In this document: positions 55,021-64,000 of the stretch, in pieces
Position numbering within the stretch: position 1 is the first letter of the stretch
Layout of the letters: each line of letters begins with the position of its first letter
Origin: Candidatus Poribacteria bacterium
Lineage (GTDB): Bacteria; Poribacteria; WGA-4E; WGA-3G
Reading direction: 5' to 3'
Assembly: GCA_965215265.1 (NCBI GenBank)
Contig: OZ244048.1
Span: 2,016,001-2,080,000, forward strand
Length of the DNA stretch: 64,000 nucleotides
Position numbers and translations under genes: made by a program
Notes under the pieces: generated by a model
Told to the model about the DNA's origin: nothing
Seen by the model: the letters and a program-made list of their open reading frames with translations, nothing else
Databases searched by the model: none

Positions 55021-56181
55021 CGTCGCGCCACACGGACGCGGTGCTACAGGTCGGATCAGTGACTTCTCGTAGGAATGATATGCTAATTCCGCTAAGTGCG
55101 GCGTTTCAATCCGAATCTGACCTTGATACCGCGAGCGCATGACTGCATCAAGGATGCCCGTTGTCAAGAGCGTCCGTTCCACAGGGTACTGTGGAGTCCC
55201 TGTCACCAACATCTCCTCAATGTTGCGGCTCAAATAACTAAAATGGGCATGCGGCGGTCCATTTTGTAGATAAAACTCGGTAGCGTAAGTTGTACTGTCC
55301 ACCATTCCTGCATAAGCAAAATCAGTAACATAACCGTTCAACATCAACACAGCAGAACAGAATCCATCCCGATGCTCTATAAAAAACAGGGCTGGATTCG
55401 CACAGCCTTCTGCCATGCTACCCTCCGGTCTGTTTTCAATTTGCGCACACGCCGCCCCTGCTAATGCTTGCGACGATTTTCCAAATTCGCTCGCTTCCCA
55501 GACTGCGTCTCCCTCCAAGCATTGTACAGCAACTACCCCGGATTCGCCACCACGCCGACGTTCAATCATGCACTGTAATGTCTCAAGTGCATGGAATCCA
55601 TAAGACTCTATGCCACCATAACCAATACCGATAGCTGCTTCTAACGGAATTTCAAGCGGATGCTCAAGGAAAGGTTTCCGCCAACAGAGCGGCAACGAAG
55701 AACCTGCCATGAAAGGGATATTCAACTCCTTCGCGCGTTGATACATCCAATTTGCATCGGTCCAATTGTAAGCGAGGTGTTTATCACAAAATACCGGCAC
55801 TGAACGTCCGCTTGACGCAAATACACCACAAATTTGCTCAAACATATAGCGGCGCGGATACATGTGCTGTCCCAGTTCATTATGCGGATAATCACCGTGT
55901 TCCGCGATAAGTAATACGCCATCAACAGCGAGTTCATCGCCACCCAGTGTCAGCGCTTGCCGAATACTCGGGTATATTGGTACGTTATGTTCAGCAGCCA
56001 ATCCTAGGCCGATGTCTCGCGAATCTACTTGATCGAAGTAGATCGAAGCTAGTTCGACACGTGGTACCCGATGCCCTTCATCTGTCGGAAATCCGTTCAT
56101 GAATTTCGTAACTATCACATCTGCATGAGAATGGACAAAATACGTAGTAATGATTGCGGCAATTTTCTTCTTATTATTCAT
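55009..56181 (-). CDS. Conserved hypothetical protein, Gfo/Idh/MocA-like
   Basis: SHADVI, VDGVLLIAEHGDYP, PVFCDKHL, MAGSS, YGFHALE, PVERTLLTTG. Confidence 0.75.
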   Translation of the reverse strand: MNNKKKIAAIITTYFVHSHADVIVTKFMNGFPTDEGHRVPRVELASIYFDQVDSRDIGLGLAAEHNVPIYPSIRQALTLGGDELAVDGVLLIAEHGDYPHNELGQHMYPRRYMFEQICGVFASSGRSVPVFCDKHLAYNWTDANWMYQRAKELNIPFMAGSSLPLCWRKPFLEHPLEIPLEAAIGIGYGGIESYGFHALETLQCMIERRRGGESGVVAVQCLEGDAVWEASEFGKSSQALAGAACAQIENRPEGSMAEGCANPALFFIEHRDGFCSAVLMLNGYVTDFAYAGMVDSTTYATEFYLQNGPPHAHFSYLSRNIEEMLVTGTPQYPVERTLLTTGILDAVMRSRYQGQIRIETPHLAELAYHSYEKSLIRPVAPRPCGATLVH

Positions 56182-56254
56182 TGCGATTTCTTCCACAAAC
56201 CCTACGGCGAAACACTTAGGTTAAAATAACGGGTTTAACAAACAATCCAACAAC

Positions 56255-57133
56255 TTACCTGACGATTTCTGTACCTATTCCGCCTTCGGTAAAGATTTCC
56301 AGCAAAAGCGAATGCAAAATCCTGCCATCTATGATATGTGTCTTATCCACACCTCCGGCAAGAGCCGTCATACAAGCTTCGACCTTTGGGAGCATACCGC
56401 CGGCGATGAGCCCCTTCTTAATTAAGGATTCAATTTCTTTGAGATGGATGGTTGGCATCAGCGATGTCTTATCCGCTACATCTCGTAAAATTCCGCGAGT
56501 ATCTGTCAACACAATCAGTTTCTCCGCTTGGAGTGCCGCTGCAATCTCCCCGGCCATGGTATCCGCATTGATGTTATAGGTTTGCCCATCATCTCCAATT
56601 CCGTTCGGTGCAATAACCGGAATATATCCTGCTTTATCAAGGGTAATAATCGGTTCGGTGTTAATACCGACAATCTTTCCGACAAATCCTAAGTCAATTG
56701 TAGTCTGGTGCCCGTTTTCATCAGTAGCATGTATCTCCTGTTTCTCAGCAACAATCAGGTTGGCATCTTTTCCGGAGAGTCCAATAGCTTTGCCGCCGTG
56801 TTGGTTGATACGCGCAACAATTCCTTTGTTGATTGAACCGGCGAGTACCATTTCGGCAATTTCAACGGTTTCGGCATCCGTTACACGTAAACCCTGCACA
56901 AATTCGGCTGCTTTCCCTAACTTATCCATCCATGAACTGATTCGCGGACCGCCGCCGTGGACGACAATAGGACGCATGCCGACATACTTCATCAACACAA
57001 TATCTTCCATAACGGAGTGGATAAGCGTGTCTTCCTCCATTGCAGCCCCGCCATATTTGATGACAATGCGCCGGTCGTAAAACCGCCGGATATAAGGCAG
57101 TGCTTCTATCAGAACCTCAGCAGTTCTATCCAT
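56255..57133 (-). CDS. argB: Acetylglutamate kinase
   Basis: EALPYI, VIKYGG, VHGGGP, GLRVTD, NINAD, GGMLPK, GIGT. Confidence 0.97.
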   Translation of the reverse strand: MDRTAEVLIEALPYIRRFYDRRIVIKYGGAAMEEDTLIHSVMEDIVLMKYVGMRPIVVHGGGPRISSWMDKLGKAAEFVQGLRVTDAETVEIAEMVLAGSINKGIVARINQHGGKAIGLSGKDANLIVAEKQEIHATDENGHQTTIDLGFVGKIVGINTEPIITLDKAGYIPVIAPNGIGDDGQTYNINADTMAGEIAAALQAEKLIVLTDTRGILRDVADKTSLMPTIHLKEIESLIKKGLIAGGMLPKVEACMTALAGGVDKTHIIDGRILHSLLLEIFTEGGIGTEIVR

Positions 57134-57532
57134 GCTATTCTGTTAAATCCTCCGGGGATCGCTTTGTTGTAGGCAACTTTTTGATTCCAAACGACACAAC
57201 AAATTAAAACAAAAAAAACCTATTCTCACTCTGCAACATATCACCTTGAAGTCTCGTTCAGATAAGTTGTGGTAAACTTATATAGGTATAATACCATATC
57301 CTTAGCGCTTAAGTCAAATTTATTTTGTTTAACTCAAAAATGTTCTGGCAATTCGCATAAATATCTGCTATAATTTTTTTTAGAGTAACAATTTGTTGTG
57401 TTTTTCATACGCTTCTTCTGACATAATAGATAGTTCCGCCGCCCCGGATATTACAAGCGGCGGAACATGCCTGAAGCTAAACCGTTGAACAGACTGGACG
57501 CGAGGCTTATTTGACATAAGAAACCACACAAC

Positions 57533-58657
57533 GTGAAGAAACGGAAAATTCTTATTCTCTGTATTGATGCAGGGAGCCACGACTATTTCGCCGCAAGCGA
57601 TATCCCTAATATCCGAAAATTAGCGGAAGCAGGCTTTTATCGACACGTGAACGCGGTGATTCCATCTGTTACAAATGTCAACAATGTAAGCATCGCAACC
57701 GGGACATTTCCAGAAATGCACGGCATCACGACAAATTATCACGTAGATCGACAGACAGGAGAAGGCACGTTTATTGAAGATAACCGTTTTCTGCTTACGC
57801 CGACACTGTTTGAAATCGCCAAAACTACCGGATTTGCAGACTCTACAGCACTGTTTGTGACGAAGAAAAAATTATTGGCGCTACTCGCCGCCGGTGCCGA
57901 TATCGCTGTTGCTGCCGAAGAACCACCGCCTGAATACGTTCATGCCGCCGGCACCCCTGAAATGATTTATTCGGTCGAAATCAACTGGTGGTTACTCCGT
58001 GCACTCCGCTATATGCTACGAAAACAGGATGCCGACTTTGTCTACTGTTCGACAACCGATTGGGTACAACATAAATATCCGCCTGAGGCAGAACTTGCTC
58101 AACAGCACATGGCTGGACTTGATCGGATTATCGGTGATATTGTTGACGACGAACCCAATCGTGAGATTTATATCACTGCTGACCACGGTATGCTGTCTAA
58201 AACCGCCGCGCTCGATCCGGGACGTTGGCTCAGCGAAAACGGCATCCCTGCAAGTGCCATTCCAATTATTAAGGACCGGTACGTTGCACACCACAACAAC
58301 TTAGGGGGTGCCGCCTACGTTTTTCTCGAAAATCAATCTCATAAAAAAGAGAAAGATATTGAACAGGCAGTACTGACGCTTCAGTCCGCAAGCGGCGTTG
58401 AAGAAGTCTATCCGGCTGAAGAAGCTGCACGTAAATTTCGCCTGCATCCAGCACGTATCGGGGACATTTTTGTACTCGCAGACGAAAACACAGTCTTCGG
58501 TGAACTGGATGTGGCAGAGAAGTCTATTGCTGTGCGCTCACACGGCTCACGCCATGAAAGCTACGTACCGCTCATCGGCTATAACAGCCCTTGGTCGGCA
58601 ATCGATTTTGAATACAACCTTGATGTTGGAAAACGCTTTTTAGAAAGCCTGGCATAG
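57533..58657 (+). CDS. phnA: Phosphonoacetate hydrolase-like alkaline phosphatase superfamily enzyme
   Basis: PSVTNVNNVSIATG (Thr nucleophile), STTDWVQHKYPP, TADHGM, IKDRYVAHH, RSHGS. Confidence 0.75.
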   Translation: MKKRKILILCIDAGSHDYFAASDIPNIRKLAEAGFYRHVNAVIPSVTNVNNVSIATGTFPEMHGITTNYHVDRQTGEGTFIEDNRFLLTPTLFEIAKTTGFADSTALFVTKKKLLALLAAGADIAVAAEEPPPEYVHAAGTPEMIYSVEINWWLLRALRYMLRKQDADFVYCSTTDWVQHKYPPEAELAQQHMAGLDRIIGDIVDDEPNREIYITADHGMLSKTAALDPGRWLSENGIPASAIPIIKDRYVAHHNNLGGAAYVFLENQSHKKEKDIEQAVLTLQSASGVEEVYPAEEAARKFRLHPARIGDIFVLADENTVFGELDVAEKSIAVRSHGSRHESYVPLIGYNSPWSAIDFEYNLDVGKRFLESLA

Positions 58658-58803
58658 GCAGGATGGTTCAACCTTCTAGCGTAATACAAAGGTATAAGCG
58701 AAAAATCCGCCAATAGGGCGGGGGCGGCACCAGAAAGAGCATGTCCAATGGACAGGACAATGTACCTTATCCGTTCTGAAGGACAAAAACCGAAGGAGAA
58801 AAA

Positions 58804-59412
58804 ATGTTAACGACAAAAGAGCAAAATGAGGGGTGGATTTCCCTATTCGACGGCGAAACCCTGGATGGATGGGGAACCACCGGAAAAAGTGAAGGCTGGA
58901 TAGTTGATGATGGAAGCATCCTTTGCACCGTTCAAGGCGGAAAGTACCTTCATACGCATAAACAATTTGATAATTTTATCTTGTCACTTGATTTTAAAAC
59001 CGAACCGAAGGTTAACAGCGGTATCTTCGTACGATGGGCAGACCTGGACGACCCGGTACAGAGTGGTCTGGAAATTCAGATTTTAGATACACACGGTAAG
59101 GCACCGGCCGATAGCCATGACTGCGGCGCACTCTACGACGCGCTGGGACCGACCCGCAATACGTGTAAACCTGCAGGCGAATGGAATTCAATGAGCATCA
59201 GATGTGACGCAAATATCATCACCGTTGAGCTCAACTGCGAAGAAATCGTCCGTGCAGACTTGGATTCATGGGATACACCGCATCAGAACCCCGACGGAAG
59301 TCGGAACAAATTCGGTATCGCACTTAAAGAGTTTCCACGCAATGGATACATCGGCATCCAAGACCACGGGGGAAAAATTTGGTGCCGAAATATCAAAATC
59401 AAGCCGCTGTAA
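58804..59412 (+). CDS. DUF1080 (3-keto-disaccharide hydrolase) domain protein
   Basis: GWISLFDG.TLDGW, NSGIF, EIQILD, GEWN, GYIGIQDHG..I..RNIKI. Confidence 0.92.
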   Translation: MLTTKEQNEGWISLFDGETLDGWGTTGKSEGWIVDDGSILCTVQGGKYLHTHKQFDNFILSLDFKTEPKVNSGIFVRWADLDDPVQSGLEIQILDTHGKAPADSHDCGALYDALGPTRNTCKPAGEWNSMSIRCDANIITVELNCEEIVRADLDSWDTPHQNPDGSRNKFGIALKEFPRNGYIGIQDHGGKIWCRNIKIKPL

Positions 59413-59540
59413 ACAGAACCCACGCTGTTAGTGTTGTTCGCAACGTTTTCGGGCGGGACACGGACTCTCGCCCTACTATATCATAGTAAACAAAGCATCC
59501 AGGCACAATACATTACAAAGTGTGCTATACTTTTTAAATT

Positions 59541-61346
59541 ATGGCAAAAAATCTTCAAAGCATCCGAAATTTTTGTATTTTAGGGCACATCGACCACGGA
59601 AAAAGCACACTGAGCGACCGGCTGCTAGAATATACCAATACCCTTGCTGAACGTAAAATGCGAGATCAGGTTCTCGACTTGATGGAGCTCGAACGGGAAC
59701 GCGGTATTACCATTAAAGCCACTGCCGCTAAGCTGCATTACCGGGCCGTTGATGGAACTTTATATCAACTCAACTTGATTGATACACCCGGGCACGTCGA
59801 CTTCACCTATGAGGTCTCCCGAAGCCTCGCCGCATGTGAAGGCGCGATTTTAATTGTCGACGCAGCACAAGGTGTCCAAGCCCAAACGTTGGCAAACGCC
59901 TACCTGGCTATTGATAACGAACTGGAAATTATCCCGGTTATCAATAAAATAGATCTCCCCACCGCGCGCCCCGATGAAGCCAAACGCCAAATCCAAGAAG
60001 TTGTAGGTATCCCCGGAGACGACGCTCTGCTTGTCAGTGCAAAAGTAGGTACCGGGATTCCAGCCATCTTAGAGGCAATCATAAACCGCATTCCGCCCCC
60101 AAACGGACAAACCCAAGAACCCCTCAAGGCACTCGTTGTCGATTCTATATACAATAATTATCGCGGTGTCATTATGTACATCCGGATCTTCGATGGCAGC
60201 GTCAAACCAGGACAGAAAATTAAACTCATGGAGGCCAAACGTACTTATGAGGTTGAAGAAGTCGGCATTTTTACGCCTGAAATGCAACCCACATCTGAAC
60301 TTCTCACCGGAGCCGTGGGATATCTTATCGCAGGAATCCGCGAAATTGACAAGGCAAAAATTGGCGATACCATCACACATCACGCAAAACCTACATCAAT
60401 ACCCCTACCCGGGTACCGCGAGATGAAACCACTCGTATTTAGTGGACTCTATCCAGCAGACACCAATCAATTTCAAACGCTGCGTGAAGCACTCGATAAA
60501 CTTCGACTTAACGACTCCTCATTCAACTTTGAACCTGAGACATCCGTCGCGCTCGGTTTTGGGTTCCGGTGCGGTTTTTTAGGATTACTCCACATGGAAA
60601 TTATACATGAACGGCTCGAACGGGAATTCGGACTCGCACTCGTCCGAACCGCACCAAGCGTTATGTACCGCGTTTACCAAAAATCTGGAGAATGCATAGA
60701 TATCGATAACCCTGCACACCTTCCAGAACTTCAGCACATTGAACAAATTGAGGAACCGCATGTCAATATAGACATCATCGTGCCGCGCGAATATATTGGA
60801 AATGCAATGGAACTTTGTCAAAAGCGAAGGGGTGTATATAAGCGAATGAATCAATTGGATGCACAACGGGTTCAATTGCTTTATCAACTTCCGCTGAGTG
60901 AAATGCTTACCGATTTTTATCCAAAACTCAAGTCACTCACGCGCGGATACGGCTCTTTGGAATACGACATCGGCGATTATAAAGCCGCAGATTTGGTGAA
61001 ACTCGATCTGCTACTCAACGGCAAGTCTGTCGATGCTTTTTCTACCATTCTGCCTCGCGATATGGCTGAGTCACGCGGGAAAACCTTAGTCAATAAACTA
61101 AAGGAGTTAATTCCCCGGCAGATGTTTGAGGTGCCGATCCAAGCTGCAATTGGCAACAAAATTGTCGCACGCGAAACGGTACGTCCGATCCGAAAAAATG
61201 TCACTGCCAAATGCTACGGCGGCGATATCACACGAAAGCGGAAATTGCTGGAAAAACAGAGACAAGGCAAAAAACGGCTCAAACAGATTGGGAACGTTGA
61301 TGTACCCCAAGAGGCTTTCACAGCGATGTTAGAAATTGACGAATAA
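59541..61346 (+). CDS. lepA: Elongation factor 4
   Basis: [45 protein letters not shown]. Confidence 0.98.
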   Translation: MAKNLQSIRNFCILGHIDHGKSTLSDRLLEYTNTLAERKMRDQVLDLMELERERGITIKATAAKLHYRAVDGTLYQLNLIDTPGHVDFTYEVSRSLAACEGAILIVDAAQGVQAQTLANAYLAIDNELEIIPVINKIDLPTARPDEAKRQIQEVVGIPGDDALLVSAKVGTGIPAILEAIINRIPPPNGQTQEPLKALVVDSIYNNYRGVIMYIRIFDGSVKPGQKIKLMEAKRTYEVEEVGIFTPEMQPTSELLTGAVGYLIAGIREIDKAKIGDTITHHAKPTSIPLPGYREMKPLVFSGLYPADTNQFQTLREALDKLRLNDSSFNFEPETSVALGFGFRCGFLGLLHMEIIHERLEREFGLALVRTAPSVMYRVYQKSGECIDIDNPAHLPELQHIEQIEEPHVNIDIIVPREYIGNAMELCQKRRGVYKRMNQLDAQRVQLLYQLPLSEMLTDFYPKLKSLTRGYGSLEYDIGDYKAADLVKLDLLLNGKSVDAFSTILPRDMAESRGKTLVNKLKELIPRQMFEVPIQAAIGNKIVARETVRPIRKNVTAKCYGGDITRKRKLLEKQRQGKKRLKQIGNVDVPQEAFTAMLEIDE

Positions 61347-61428
61347 ACTCGCACGCAAAAAAAACACTGAGGAGATCGATAAGTACTCGTTTACACCAAC
61401 TCAGCCTCATCCCTATTACCTAAAAAAA

Positions 61429-61457
61429 TTGACATTAATCAGGAATTCTGATAGACT
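61429..61457 (+). promoter_or_regulatory. Putative lepB promoter
   Basis: TTGACA-N17-TAGACT with extended TG. Confidence 0.6.
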
Positions 61458-61690
61458 TTAAATAAAGGAGATATGCTGTTTTTTATACACGGTAAATTCC
61501 TGATGCCTATTGCTACATCTAGTACTAAGCAAATTTCAACATATCCTCACATTGCAAAACACGAACGGTGTGGGGAATCTGATAAATTATAAGTGCGGCC
61601 CCGTCTATAGAAAGTTATAGCCGCTAACCTAAAAAGTCAATAGTACCTAAAAAGAGAGGAATAAGCCGTTTCATCAACGGCAACTTTGGC

Positions 61691-62461
61691 ATGGATACTC
61701 ACTCAAAATGGCAAAAATTTAAAAGCACTGTTTTCTGGGAATATACACAGGTTATCGTTGTTGCACTGATTCTCGTTTTTGGCTTTATACGTCCATTTGT
61801 TGTTGAAGCATTTAAAATTCCTTCAGGTTCCATGGAGGACACGCTTCTTATCGGTGACCGGATCTTGGTGTGCAAGTTTATATACGGTGTGAAAGTCCCC
61901 GGCACCGACATAAAGGTTTTCGATTTTCATAAGCCTGCACGGGGCGATGTGTTCGTTTTTATTCCCCCGCACGACAGAGAAAGAAATTTCATCAAACGCA
62001 TCGTAGCCGTTGAAGGCGATACCGTCGAAACACGCGGAGATACACTCTACGTTAACGGTAAAGCCGTTGACGATAGCGGCTATACCAAACACTTGGCGTT
62101 CAGCCGTTTTAGTAGAGGCGACTTCCCACCTTTTCGAGAGCCTCAGCATCTTCCGGAGGGGGACGCATTTGCTGACTATACTCTCACAACGAGTCAGTTT
62201 AATCGGCGATTTCCCGCAGGGAAGCCGTTCACCGTTCCTAAAGGCATGGTGTTCGCCATGGGCGATAATCGGGACCAGAGTAGCGATAGCCGCACGTGGG
62301 GACCGGTGGACGTAGAAGACATTAAAGGGCAAGCGTTCATGATTTACTGGTCATTTGCCAATCGTCCCGCAAAACTTTGGGAAATCTGGAAGATGGTAGA
62401 AAATGTGCGATTCAACCGAATCGGTAAATTAATCCACTCGGAACCCGGAACGACTGAATGA
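61691..62461 (+). CDS. lepB: Signal peptidase I (copy 1)
   Basis: IPSGSM (catalytic Ser), FIKRIV (catalytic Lys), MGDNRD.SSDSR.WG. Confidence 0.96.
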   Translation: MDTHSKWQKFKSTVFWEYTQVIVVALILVFGFIRPFVVEAFKIPSGSMEDTLLIGDRILVCKFIYGVKVPGTDIKVFDFHKPARGDVFVFIPPHDRERNFIKRIVAVEGDTVETRGDTLYVNGKAVDDSGYTKHLAFSRFSRGDFPPFREPQHLPEGDAFADYTLTTSQFNRRFPAGKPFTVPKGMVFAMGDNRDQSSDSRTWGPVDVEDIKGQAFMIYWSFANRPAKLWEIWKMVENVRFNRIGKLIHSEPGTTE

Positions 62462-62741
62462 TGGGACTTCTTGAACAAGCGGGTTTATAGTTATGCAACA
62501 TAGGAATTCTGATAGACTTTAAATAAAGGAGATATGCTGTTTTTTTATACACGGTAAAATCCTGATGCCTATTGCTACATCCTACATATAGGACTAAGTA
62601 AATTTCAACACATCCTCACATTGCAAAACACGAACGGGGTGGGGAATCTAATAAATCGTAAGTGCGGCCCCGTCTATAGAAAGTTATAGCCGCTAACCTA
62701 AAAAGAGAGGAATAAGCCGTTTCATCAACGGCAACTTTGGC

Positions 62742-63509
62742 ATGGATACTCACTCAAAATGGCAAAAATTTAAAAGCACTGTTTTCTGGGAATATACACA
62801 GGTTATCGTTGTTGCACTGATTCTCGTTTTTGGCTTTATACGTCCATGTGTTGTTGAAGCATTTAGAATTCCTTCAGGTTCCATGGAGGACACGCTTCTC
62901 ATCGGTGACCAGATTCTGGTGTGCAAGTTTATATACGGTGTGAAAGTCCCCGGCACCGACATAAAGGTTTTCGATTTTCATAAGCCTGCACGGGGCGATG
63001 TGTTCGTTTTTATTCCCCCGCACGACAGAGAAAACTTCATCAAACGCATCGTAGCCGTTGAAGGCGATACCGTCGAAACACGCGGAGATATACTCTACGT
63101 TAACGGTAAAGCCGTTGACGATAGCCACTATACCAAACACTTGGCGTTCAGCCGTTTTAGTAGAGGCGACTTCCCACCTTTTCGAGAGCCTCAACATCTT
63201 CCGGAGGGGGACGCATTTGCTGACTATACTCTCACAACGAGTCAGTTTAAACGGCGATTTCCCGTAGGGAAGCCGTTCACCGTTCCTAAAGGCATGGTGT
63301 TCGCCATGGGCGATAATCGGGACCAGAGTAGCGATAGCCGCACGTGGGGACCGGTGGACGTAGAAAACATTAAAGGGCAAGCGTTCATGATTTACTGGTC
63401 ATTTGCCAATCGTCCCGCAAAACTTTGGGAAATCTGGAAGATGGTAGAAAATGTGCGATTCAACCGAATCGGTAAATTAATCCACTCGGAACCCGGAACG
63501 ACTGAATGA
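62742..63509 (+). CDS. lepB: Signal peptidase I (copy 2)
   Basis: Same catalytic motifs; differs from copy 1 by 8 substitutions and a one-codon deletion. Confidence 0.95.
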   Translation: MDTHSKWQKFKSTVFWEYTQVIVVALILVFGFIRPCVVEAFRIPSGSMEDTLLIGDQILVCKFIYGVKVPGTDIKVFDFHKPARGDVFVFIPPHDRENFIKRIVAVEGDTVETRGDILYVNGKAVDDSHYTKHLAFSRFSRGDFPPFREPQHLPEGDAFADYTLTTSQFKRRFPVGKPFTVPKGMVFAMGDNRDQSSDSRTWGPVDVENIKGQAFMIYWSFANRPAKLWEIWKMVENVRFNRIGKLIHSEPGTTE

Positions 63510-63540
63510 TGGGACTTCTTGAACAAGCGGGTTTATAGTT

Positions 63541-64000
63541 ATGTACCAAGGGAGACGACATCTTATCATTGGCACAGCCGGACATGTGGACCACGGGAAA
63601 ACAGCACTCGTCGGGACGCTCACCGGCATTGAAACCGACCGGCTCAAGGAAGAACGGGAAAGAGGACTCTCTATTGAATTGGGGTTCGCGTACTTTGATT
63701 TACCAGACGGCTCCCGGGCTGGCATTGTTGATGTACCAGGCCACGAGAAATTCATTCGGAACATGCTATCCGGGGCATACGGTATGGATGTGGTTCTGTT
63801 TGTCGTTGATGCGAAAGAGGGTGTCCAAGAACAGACGCTTGAACACCTAGCAATCTTGGATCTGCTCGGCATCTCAAACGGAATCCTTGTGATGACTAAA
63901 TCCGATATTGCGACACCCGACGAACTCGCTGAATCTACCGAAATGACACAAGAAATGCTCGTCGGGACAACACTCGAAGGCATACCAACTGTCAGCGTTT
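63541..64000 (+). CDS. selB: Selenocysteine-specific elongation factor, 3'-partial (absent from the ORF track)
   Basis: Hand translation: MYQGRRHLIIGTAGHVDHGKTALV..LTGIETDRLKEERERGLSIELGFAY...IVDVPGHEKFIRNM...QTLEHL. Confidence 0.93.
   Translation, partial: MYQGRRHLIIGTAGHVDHGKTALVGTLTGIETDRLKEERERGLSIELGFAYFDLPDGSRAGIVDVPGHEKFIRNMLSGAYGMDVVLFVVDAKEGVQEQTLEHLAILDLLGISNGILVMTKSDIATPDELAESTEMTQEMLVGTTLEGIPTVSV

Larger units (their letters stand above)
61441..63543 (+). repeat. ~1.05-kb tandem duplication (61441-62495 / 62502-63543) containing lepB and its leader
   Basis: Both copies begin AGGAATTCTGATAGACTTTAAATAAAGGAG and end GGGTTTATAGTTATG. Confidence 0.95.

Noticed and set aside
61473-61592. 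39-codon upstream ORF in the lepB leader after AAAGGAG
   Set aside because: SD-to-ATG spacing is only 2 nt and the frame is broken (T7 versus T6) in the duplicate copy.
63477-63983. Minus-strand 168-aa and plus-strand 93-aa ORFs
   Set aside because: Shadows of selB, which occupies another plus frame from 63541.

Overview
Bacterial chromosome segment, most likely Candidatus Poribacteria. This assignment is an inference from the multi-mismatch 16S primer sites and the secreted LamG/CBM proteins ending in a V-x-x-x-x-K-L-x-x-x-W-x-x-(I/L)-K motif. The left ~13 kb is accessory. It holds a phosphodiester-glycosidase gene, a nuclease-fold pseudogene, and a same-strand cluster (DUF4159 Tat protein, two substrate-binding/OmpA fusions, a vWA protein, a membrane coiled-coil protein, and an HDTWGH protein) whose intergenic spaces carry two repeat families, one of them nested and with a co-varying stem. 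A minus-strand rRNA operon follows (16S-tRNA-Ile-tRNA-Ala-23S-5S), with three tandem consensus sigma70 promoters inside its spacer. Next come a frameshifted GT39-like gene, envelope/secreted proteins and a helicase-less type ISP-like R-M gene. The right part is mostly housekeeping: prmC, prfA, rpmE, rho, mycobacterial-Sdh1-type succinate dehydrogenase, argB, phnA-like, lepA, a recent tandem lepB duplication, and the 5' part of selB. No CRISPR array, transposase or integrase was seen. All calls are by motif recognition; no searches were run.
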